NCBI GenBank assembly: GCA_950097015.1
Contig: CATNEN010000033.1
Coordinates: forward strand, 5,084,001-5,148,000
DNA from: Macrostomum hystrix
Lineage: Eukaryota; Animalia; Platyhelminthes
Direction: 5' to 3'
DNA length: 64,000 bases
Within the stretch, counting starts at the first letter, position 1, and each line of letters opens with the position of its first letter. Under the pieces are notes generated by a model. That model saw only the letters and a program-made list of their open reading frames with translations. It had not been told where the DNA came from and made no database searches. Made by a program: the position numbers and the translations under genes. Shown one piece after another: positions 34,845 to 44,720 of the stretch.

Positions 34845-35445
34845 TATTTTCGCGAAAATACCATTATATATAGCCATGCACACACCTACTTTAAGAACTT
34901 TTGCAAAAATACCGCCAACTACCTTTGTTTAATAGCATAGCAGTATTTTAGCGAAAATACCATAAGATGTAGCCATGCACACTACTTTAAGAACTTTTGC
35001 AAAAATAATGCCCTTACCTTCGTTTAGAGCATATCAGTATTTTCGCGAAAATACCATAGATGTAGCCATGCACACTACTTTAAGAACTTTTGCAAAAATA
35101 CCTTCCAACTACAACTGTTTAATAGGATATCAGTATTTTCGCGAAAATACCATAATATATAGCCATGCACACACCTACTTTAATAACTTTTGCAAAAATA
35201 CCGCCAACTACCTTTGTTTAATAGCATAGCAGTAGTTTCGCGAAATACCATAATATGTAGCCATGCACACCACTACCTATTTTAATAACTTTTGCAAAAA
35301 TACCGCCAACTACATCTGTTTAATAGGATATCAGTATTTTCGCGAAAATACCATAATATGTAGCCATGCACACTACTTTAAGAACTTTTGCAAAATACTG
35401 CTCTTACCTTCGTTTTGAGAACATATCAGTCTTTTCGCTAAAATT
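34845..35445. repeat. hr-like TTTTCGCGAAAA palindromic repeat array 2
   Basis: About 6 units of the same ~97-bp repeat as 15885-16200. Confidence 0.9.
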
Positions 35446-36065
35446 CCGTATTTACTTTTGGTTTAGAAGTCGTTATTTTTTTTCGCGATAACACCTATAA
35501 ATAAATTGTATTAATCAATACTTTGACACTTTGCATATACCTTCGTTTGAAGATAGTAATACTATATATAGAAAAATTGCACATAAGACCCAGTTGAGGA
35601 CGAGCTTTTGTATGCCACAGTTGAAGGAAGCAGAGGCGTCATAACGTCAGAATGTAAAATAATACAATCACTATGATTCATTATGCAGTTATATTATAAA
35701 TCTACTGATTATCGTAACTATTGTTTGTATTTTTATGCATGCAAACGCTCAATACATTTATTGTATTCGTGTTGGGCTTCATTAATCAGTCAATTGACTA
35801 CAATTAGCAAGAAATATGATTTTTTGCAACAGAAGTAGCAATTACCTACTTCACAACAATAAAAGCTCAAAACTGAGCATTTAAATTGATTTTATTTGTA
35901 TGACTAATTATAAAATTGCATACAAAAACAGTATGAAACAGCAAAAAATATAAAAAAACAGCTGAAAGACTGACTGAATGGACCGAGTAAAAATATAGTC
36001 GATAAAAATAGCAGCATGCAGGCAGTTTGGTGTAAAAAAACCTGCTAACAGCACCGTCTTGTCGC

Positions 36066-38418
36066 TCATACTCGCCGGTCCGGGTGATCGCCAAACACAT
36101 TGCGTATTGGGTGGCATTGTCCATCGCATTGGTAGTCGGTACTGAGGGAATGACCAATGAAGATGGCAACTACCGGACGCTTGTGCCCATCAGGTGTCGG
36201 TTCTAATCGGCGCTGAAAGTCCATCGAATACGCACTGACCGGAGCATGCCCAGCAAGCACTAACAGTCGATTGAGCCAAGAGACGTGTCGAATAGCCTTG
36301 TATTTAGCATTGACTTCAAAAGTGTCTCCATTGACCAAACGAAGTAGTGTGCACATGACTTCAGATGTGTCATCAAACAGTTGCGGGCGTAGCTCGTCAA
36401 TAAACATGGCAGTGTGTATAGTCTCGCAGAGCTTGTCAAACATAAACGTGTTAGACCGCTTCTGCACCTGGATATTCAGCACTTTCGTAGAACCGAGATG
36501 GCTTTGCACAGAGTGGGTCTTCCCAACGCCAGACGGGCCGTATAGATAGACGACACCAGTTGGCGATTGTAACGCGCTGCACACAGCCTTTACAGTTGGG
36601 CACACGTTGGTGGCGGCGGCGATCAGCCGGGGAACATGAGCGACGGCGGCATCAAGTACTTGAACAGCAAGTAGCAGCGGAAGCAGCAACATCAGCAGCA
36701 GCAGAGACCTGTTGGATGGTGTTGTGTTGTTAGGTAGGTTCGCATACAATTAATTAATTAATTGTCCAAAGTAATAATTATTTGAATTAAAAACAACAGC
36801 AAAAATTCAATGATCAATACTCGTACGTGTGCTAAAAATGTCATGTATTATAATATTTTGCATACCTCCAGCTGAGTAGGCAAGGTCGTCCTCGCATAGT
36901 CGGCTGTTGCAGCATCATCAGCAGCGGCGGCGGCGGCAGCGGCAGTAGGGCGACAGTTTTGGCAACCAGCTAGCACCTCTGTTGCTATTACGCGTTTCAT
37001 CTGAGTCACCTTAAAGTAATCCGCTGAGCTCTTGTCTGACACGAAAGTGTTCGAACATGAAGCCACTATCTAGCAAAGGCTCAGTAGATGACGTCTCATG
37101 AGCAGCAACCCAGCAAAAGGCCTTGGTCAGCAAGCTGCACTCTTGAGTAGAAACGCGGAAAAGAGCTGGAAACTCGTCCGTACTGGTAACTAGCTTAATT
37201 GCACTTGACGCACTGCGTACACCAGACACTGTCATTCTACACATTGTAGGATGCAGGTAGGCCGAAGCTTCCGCAGATTCCATCAAAAGGGCATGCAGTC
37301 CGCAGTAAACAGTGTAACCATCTTCTGGTTGGCGCAGGTTCAGGAACATCAGCAAACCATTGGGATGATTCGGAGCTCCTAAACATTCACGGATTGACAT
37401 GTTGTATTTCTGCTGACGACGCGCTCGGATTTCTTCGCTGGTCAGCATGTCAACTTGAATACATGATGTTGCGCCGATGGCAAACTGTGCACATGGAGCT
37501 ACCAATTCATCTTCTAGAAACGCCTTGAATTTTCCACATCGCTCGAGATGAATGCAATCTCTATAAGATGTAGCGTCCTTCTAGTCATAAGAACCGACCT
37601 GCCCTCTGCTGTTAAAGAGGCGTAGTCGGTAATTGGAGCTCGAGGACATAGAAGTGGTGATGTCGAACGACACAACGCATATTCATCGGCTATCGGAGCA
37701 AATGCCACGCCACCAACTTGCTGCTGCTGCTGTTGCCGCTGCTGCGGTTGTTGATCTCGCTGATGATGCTGCTGCTGCGATTGCTGCCGTCGTCCCCGAC
37801 TGTTGCGCTGTTGATTCAAAAGCGTCGACATACGCTGGAGAAAATACTGCGAGAGCTGGTTCATCATCATCGGATATTGTCCCATTCTCGATGACAGACA
37901 TTGCCGGTGTAGAGCGAGGCGCATAATCTGGCGAAGTCGGACAGGCACCAAGTGCGGCACTATTTTTAGGAATAGTCGACTCGCCATTTGCGCGCAATAA
38001 TTCTGCCACCTCCGTTTTGTACTTATCATCGAACTAGCTGCGATGACAAGGCTGAACTATTAGAAGCCGTCAAAACAGGGGCAGTATTCGACTCTACATT
38101 GTCTGTATTGCTCGTCCACTCGTCCACAATCTCCAGCTGTACGTCGTCTGCTAGCAAGTCGTCCGCTGAGTCATCTTCAGATGATAGCACTTTAGGCGTG
38201 GACTCTATGCGATTAGCATGGTCGCCGGCGCCACCAATTGATTGTGCGGCAATAACCAGAGGCTGTCGCATGGCTACCAAAGATCCAACGCCAGTGTCTT
38301 CAGCATCAGACGACGATGTAGTGCTAGACGAAGCATCCAAGTCGACAACTACACGCGTCCGCTTGCGTAGAGTCGATCGGACACGTCGACGCTTCTGAAC
38401 TGCGGTTGTAATAACAGT

Positions 38419-38452
<34 letters not shown>

Positions 38453-38716
38453 GGTTGCTGTTGCTGCTGTACTACTGCTGCACGGCGGGGAACATTGAAG
38501 GCAGCCGATGCCCGGCCAGCCGTTCCTGCCAGTGCTGCGAATGATGCCGATGCTGCTTGCCCACTCGGTCTAATTGAGTTTGCCAGTAGGACGATCGGTT
38601 GACTGCTCAGATCTAAAGTAGTCCACGATCCTAGTCTGGCGTAGACCATTAGAATCCGATGTAGCAATGCTGGCATCCACACGAGCCTTCTTACCACGGC
38701 CACGAAATGCTGACAT
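36066..38716 (-). pseudogene. Large protein with a C-terminal SF3-helicase-like ATPase (paralog 2); spliced and frameshifted
   Basis: GVVYLYGPSGVGKT, MFIDE, LLRLVNGDTFEVNAKY, LLVLAGH and QRRL. Upstream ORFs 37011, 36848, 37514 and 38026 align colinearly with paralog 1. There is a probable intron at about 36865-36710. Confidence 0.7.
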
Positions 38717-38995
38717 TTCAAACTTAAAGTCGAGGCGTAGGAAATAACTCGTAAATGTGGTTGCTCGCTCGGTCAGTCAGTCAGTCGGTCACAAAGTATC
38801 TGTTAACCGCGCTCCGTCTTAGATAGCTCACTTTTGCGACTGTACTGGACTGTAGTTCTAGGTCTGGCTATAGACCAAACTTTTTCGCGAAAATTCATGT
38901 ATGAATATACCTTTTTGCAATTGAATTCGCCGAAACTGCAAAACTATTTCCCATAGAAGCCAATGTGGTCTAAAAATAGTAAGCCCATAGAAATT

Positions 38996-39520
38996 AAGCT
39001 AAAAGTCGAGATTGAATTCGCCGAAATTTCATTTGAATTCGCGTTACGCGCCAATGGCTTGTATTCATTTGACAGGACAAAAAGCTTCGAAGGGGAAACA
39101 ATCAAAGAGGAAACAAAGTTTGCGAACTGATGTACGAGTAGAATGAAGTCAACCGAACGATCAAAGAAAAGAGCAATCAATTATGCCAAAATGTCTTCAT
39201 GATTCAGGCAGCGATTCAAGTAGGTTGCCGTGTGATTAGCCCACTGCAAGCACTTCTGCTGTGTGATCTGCTGTAGGGCGACCGTCACCTCACGTCTCAG
39301 AATTCCCATTCTCCAGGTGTGAAATGTGATGCCAAGGTTTGCTGCTGCAGCCGTATTGAGCAGTTCCGCACGAACTGGCATGGCAAGTCCTCTCAGCATT
39401 TTGAAAACAGGATAGAGAAGTACTGCCGAATTTAATTGCTGCGATTTTAGCAACATATAGACACCTCACCAGTGCGAATTCAAATGCAATTTCGGCGAAT
39501 TCAATCTCGACTTTTAGCTT
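38996..39520. mobile_element. Element bounded by 47-bp inverted repeats (MITE-like)
   Basis: AAGCTAAAAGTCGAGATTGAATTCGCCGAAATT(T/G)CATTTGAATTCGC at 38996-39042 is inverted at 39474-39520 with 1 mismatch. Confidence 0.65.
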
Positions 39521-40148
39521 GGCCTGGCCCAGACTACCACGTTGCATCTGAACACATGTACAAGCAACTAGACAATGTCGGCGACATCTGGTTCAAGGGT
39601 CATTGCTGTGTAGAAGAGAACGCATCGCATTTAGCCGTAGGAAAGCAATCCAGCGAAACTATCATGCTACAACTAGTCGTCTCCTACACGCAATCAATGT
39701 CACAGTCGAGATGTGGTTCATCAATCCAGCGCGCATATATTATATTATACTATATTATTATGCGTTTGTACTTTACTTTTTTAAACGAATCCGTTTTTAT
39801 TAATGTTTTTTTACATGAGAAACTTGTATAAACTTTACTTGAAATTATATTGCAGACTGATCAATTACGATTACGTCGCTATTGTAGTATGTCTCATCGC
39901 CAATGTACACCACATAACCGCCAGTCAGTTCATATTATTTAAATGATAAAATAAATAACCAAGATAAGAAGTTATTTATTGTGAAAACTCTAACAAACAA
40001 TATTTTATATTTTATTCTCATCAATCAGCTCAGTTCAATTCAATTCAATTCAATTCAATTCAATTCAAATCAATCAGTTCTCATCAATCAGCTTCTGGTT
40101 CTGGTTCTGGTTTCTGGTTTCTGGTTTACCGGGTCCTCAATGCTCATG

Positions 40149-40556
40149 CTACAGATCACTCATAAGCACACCCGGCTGCGGGATGAAGGATGGGTTTAGG
40201 TTCCATTTATTTGTTAGCTCAGATGTTATCAGATGAGTTCATAAATATTCAAATGAAAGGAATCGAAATCTACTACTCACATATGGATCCAGCCCTGCCG
40301 CTATGCGGCGGGCCCGGGCCATGCGGACCATGTCCGCCCTGACCCGCCGCATAGCTGCGGCCATCGCGTCCTCCGCCCCGCGACGTCCGGGCGCCCAGGC
40401 CTCCGCTGACGCCAATGAACTCGCGGCGCTATTCGCATCATGTAGGGCGGATTCCAACTCCGCTGCAGCGGAGGCCAGGACGTGTTCCCGGAAGGCCGCG
40501 GGGAACAAATGAAAACAGCTGCTGCTGTTGTTGTTGCTGCTGCTTGCCATTTTCAA
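40149..40556 (-). CDS. Ala/Arg-rich spliced gene (module A gene 1, copy 3)
   Basis: ...FHLFPAAFREHVLASAAAELE...ARARRIAAGLDPY / PGVLMSDL*, with conserved splice sites. Confidence 0.6.
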
Positions 40557-40812
40557 TTAGTCTTCAATTAGTCTAATAGCTGTTGCTACTGCTGCTGCTG
40601 CTGTGGCGTAGGTTGTGGGCTGATTTCTTGGCCGATAAGATATTTCTTGTTCTTATTTCCCAGACTGGCCTGTATTCATTTGATTTGTCTGTGGACTGAC
40701 TCAGCTGTGTTTGCTAAAGTATACTCTATGGGGACTTTGATTCAAGTTTAAAATATTTTTTAATTAACTATTTTTTAGCTTTATGCTGGCTTGATTTACT
40801 AACTGACTGAAC

Positions 40813-41149
40813 ATGTCGTTCATTGCCCATCAGATGCAGTTAGTGCAAATGTATCTTCACCCGCACATATTTCAACTCTTTCTCAGCTGTCGCATAGATT
40901 GCATTGGCCGGTTCATAGCGCATCGAGGGTGCTTCGAGCAGCTACCTAGTTTGCAGCGCGGTGTTCCAAATGCTGAGTATAGCGCTAATGAGTTATGCTT
41001 ATTATTACGGCGCACTCAAGAATGGCTGCAACAGCACCGGTCAGCAGAAGACTATAAGGCTGTCTTGTTCGTGACTGGTATCATACATGACTGGTATCAT
41101 ATGACAGCTCATCATACATGGAGTTCGCTACTGGTACATCGAACAATGA
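40813..41149 (+). pseudogene. 130-aa family protein (module A gene 2, copy 3), internal deletion
   Basis: It is intact from MSFIAHQMQLVQMYL to YKAVLFVTG; the EAQDIIEVLELL segment is lost. Confidence 0.6.
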
Positions 41150-41884
41150 ATGCTGTAAAATACAGAATTTATACAGAATTTTATGTATTATAGTTTACAC
41201 GTTTATTTTTGCTCTCGCGACTTTGCAATCAGACTAATTGTAGAATAGCACGATCATTTGTTTAATCAATGAAATTCTACATATATTTATACTTTATATA
41301 TATGTATTGGTGAAATTTAATAATAACAGTATTATTAATAACCGATTGACTAGCTGCACACATCTGTGTTAGCGTATTAATATTTTATTACTGACTGACT
41401 GATCTCATCAGTCATCTGATTATGATTAATGGTGAACGCGACAATATATTGTCAATAGAGACGGCAAAACTGTCTTATGCTTTGAATATTACCACGTAGG
41501 TGAACGAGAGCTAGTGTATGTAAAAAGTAGTTTAAAAAAATTTGCAGGCATCATGAACTGTCGACTTTGAATACTTAGATGTGTTAATCAAATACCAACT
41601 TTAATTTTATATAAATACATAATAAATACACGAACGATAAATACACTTTTCGCGAAAATACCTCCATCAACAATCATCAGCATTTGAGTCTATTCACAGT
41701 CAAGTCAGTTTGCGAATCGACATCCATCACATATAGCAGGCCTCTGACATCTATATAATTTTAAACTCGAGTTTACGGACTTAGAGAATTTATCATGTCA
41801 GTGATAAAATTATCTTCCGTCCAAGAGCTTAGTTGGTGTGGCTGGTGGAGTAGTAAATGCTATACATGCAGGTATATATATATA

Positions 41885-42201
41885 CTCTTAAGAAAGGTGC
41901 GCGAGCTGTTTTTTCGATATAGGGCCTAGTATAGCCGAGCTGGCTTGCCGCTGCACGGGGAAACCCCGGGCGATTCTATTTTTAGCAAGGCGCACCTTTC
42001 TTAAGAGTATATATTGACTTGCGTGTCCCATAGACTTACATGGCTGCCACTTGAATACACACACGAGCCACGTCTATACTCTTAAGAAAGGTGCGCCTGC
42101 GCGGTTTTTTCCGTGGAGTAGCAGCTTTCCTATGCCGACGTCAACTAGCGAGGCCGCATATACACGGCGGTAATATATACGGCGCGCACCTTTCTTTAGA
42201 G
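41885..42201. mobile_element. Two adjacent MITE-like elements (41885-42007, 42079-42201) sharing TIR CTCTTAAGAAAGGTGCGC
   Basis: Each is bounded by (TA)CTCTTAAGAAAGGTGCGC ... GCGCACCTTTCTT(A/T)AGAG(TA). The interiors differ. Confidence 0.65.
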
Positions 42202-42319
42202 TATATACTAACTGGCTCCCTCTATCCATCCTCGATCCCACTACTCTATTTAAGCCTTGGGACGGTCGAGAATTTACAGATTGTAAATTCTCTAAGTCCA
42301 TAAACTCTTATAATTGGAG

Positions 42320-42805
42320 TGCTGCAGCTAGGGTGTGGTGTGGTGTGGTGTGTGGTGTTGGGTGGGTGGATGCAGAGTGCAGGTGCAGGTTGGGTAGGTG
42401 GTGCATGGTGTCTCACTCTCATATCCTCCCTTCACTCTGTCCTAGCTTCCTCCCCTACCTTCGCTTTCCTCCCCTTCCTTTTCTTCCTTCCTTCGATCTA
42501 CCCTGAGCCTCTCTTCACTCTCCCTCGCTATCAATTTCCTCCTGTACTATCCACCGAATATGTTTCGCGAAAGTAACACATCAGTACAATGAATCAATAA
42601 ATACAATTAATCAGTCGTACGAATTTGGGTGGGTGGATGCAGAGTGCAGGTGGTTGGGTAGGTGGTGGTGGTGTCTCACTCTCATATCCTCCCTTCACTC
42701 TGTCCTAGCTTCCTCCCCTTCCTTTCTTCCTTCCTTCGATCTGATCCTCTCTTCACTCTACCTCGATTTCACTATCCTCCAATTATGTTTTCGCGAAAGT
42801 AACAC
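42320..42805. repeat. Imperfect direct duplication ending in TTTCGCGAAAGTAACAC
   Basis: GGGTGGGTGGATGCAGAGTGCAGG...GGTGTCTCACTCTCATATCCTCCCTTCACTC...ATGTTTCGCGAAAGTAACAC occurs twice. Confidence 0.8.
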
Positions 42806-43397
42806 GTCAATGAATGGTACCAGAGTGCTTTTGTTGGAACGATCAGTTGAGATCAGTTCGAAGAAAACGATCAAACATCCAAAGCCAAAAACCAAAGCCG
42901 AAATCCAAATTTGCAGCTTGTTCTAGCTGCAACTCACTGACTCGCCAGCTTCTGCACTGCTATAGCTACTACTAACAGCAGGCATGCGTAGCGAAAAAAG
43001 GCTGAAAGACCTTTTTTTGATCTCCTTAGTGTATTTCTTGAACACGTCTATGGCTGTAAGTAGTATCCCACTGCTAACCATGGACGCATGCAAGCCAGCG
43101 CAAAAGCCGAATGACATTTTTTTACCTCCGTAGTGTATTTCTAAATATAGAACATTCTAAATAGGCTATCCCAATTAGGGTCGTCGTCTCTGGGGAAAAC
43201 ACGCACCGATTTAGAATACACGTACAACATAGGTCCGTTTTGGTCTTGCTGGGTCCTTGGCTGGGGCTTGGCGGGACCAGACACCCCATTTGGCTTGACC
43301 AGACCCCCCCTTTCAACATATGGGTAAATCCAAAAGCAACTGCAATTATTGTTGCGCGAAAAAGTAATTGCTTCTGTGTAATTCAAAGCGTACCAAT

Positions 43398-44720
43398 TAT
43401 AAGAGTTAGAAATAACATCGAAGATCGGGACTTAAAGAACTTTAAAACCAGATGATAAAGAATAAGAAAAGGACAATGAAAGTAGAAAATACCGCAATTC
43501 ATCAAATGCCAAAAGAGACGCTAAAAAAACTAACCCCCCATAGCAACGCTAGAGAATCGCGAGTGCAGTGCACTCAATTCTGGTAGGCAATTAACACACT
43601 GATAGCGGACTGGCATACTAACAACAGCAGGCCTCAAGCAATCATAACGCTAGACGCGATAACAACAAAGTAATATCACCACAATTAATACCTTAGTTTA
43701 ACCAGGAAGACATAACTATAAAAAAAGGAAGAGAGACAACCAACCTTCATATCCAAAAATACAACCATTGTATGTCAAATATTTACTCACACGCGTTATC
43801 CCGAATGTTTATTTTTAAAATTAGGCAAAATTGACGAGAACAATGCATACAGTCAATAGCCATAAACGGTCCTGAGCAAGTTAAGCGGAAGAAGGCTGAA
43901 CCTCTAGGCACCCAGGGGACGATAGCGAATTCGTAGCAACAGGCAGAACGCGCAGATCAGAATGACGATAAGAACAAGACCGCCACCCGCCCAATCCTCC
44001 AGTTAGACCGCGAGAACGGACATACTTATTTCCAGAGTAGACAAGCGAGAACGGGCACTCTGAAGCGCAATCTCAAGCCGAGCTATGCGCGCATTCTGCT
44101 CGGCCAGCAGTTGAACCAGCTTGGAAAGTGTGTATCCGGACATAGTTGTAATGCAGAACAGTTTAGTATTACGCGAGGAATGGATGGACGCCTTCTAAAG
44201 TGAAAGTGGGGCCTACCACCCAAATAAATAAACTCACTGCACCCAGCAGAGGGAGAGAATGTGAGGTCAAAGTAGGATTAGAAAACCTACCCCAAACCAG
44301 GGCCCCAGAACTAGGCTAAAAATAAACTCGCTGCCCAAGTGAGGCAATTTTGCAAACCCCGCCAGGGCCATGAGGCAAATCAATGTACATTAGGACGCGC
44401 TCAGACTATAGAAAGGAAGATAAGTCAATAGACGCCAGAGCGTACACAGAAAATATAAATTTCTAACTCTATATGTCAAATCACATCCAATTGTCCAACC
44501 GTTTACAACCACCCGCAAGGGTGAAAGCGTGTTTTTCCTTTCAGGTCTATACCTTGAAGAGTCAAGGACTTCAAAAAGGGGGAGTGATATAAGAGTTAGA
44601 AATAACATCGAAGATCGGGACTTAAAGAACTTTAAAACCAGATGATATAGAATAAGAAAAGGACAATGAAAGTAGAAAATACCGCAATTCATCAAATGCC
44701 AAAAGAGACGCTAAAAAAAC
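43398..44720. repeat. Direct repeat of about 130 bp (about 43398-43520 and 44588-44720)
   Basis: TAAGAGTTAGAAATAACATCGAAGATCGGGACTTAAAGAAC...GCTAAAAAAACTAACCCCCCA occurs twice. Confidence 0.85.

Larger units (their letters stand above)
39765..41605. repeat. Module A copy 3
   Basis: Colinear with copies 1 and 2. Confidence 0.9.

Noticed and set aside
13610-42805. Assignment of the central region as a Polinton/Maverick or nudivirus
   Set aside because: I recognised no pPolB, retroviral-type integrase, packaging ATPase, capsid, protease, PIF or RNA polymerase motifs, and no long TIRs. It is left unclassified.
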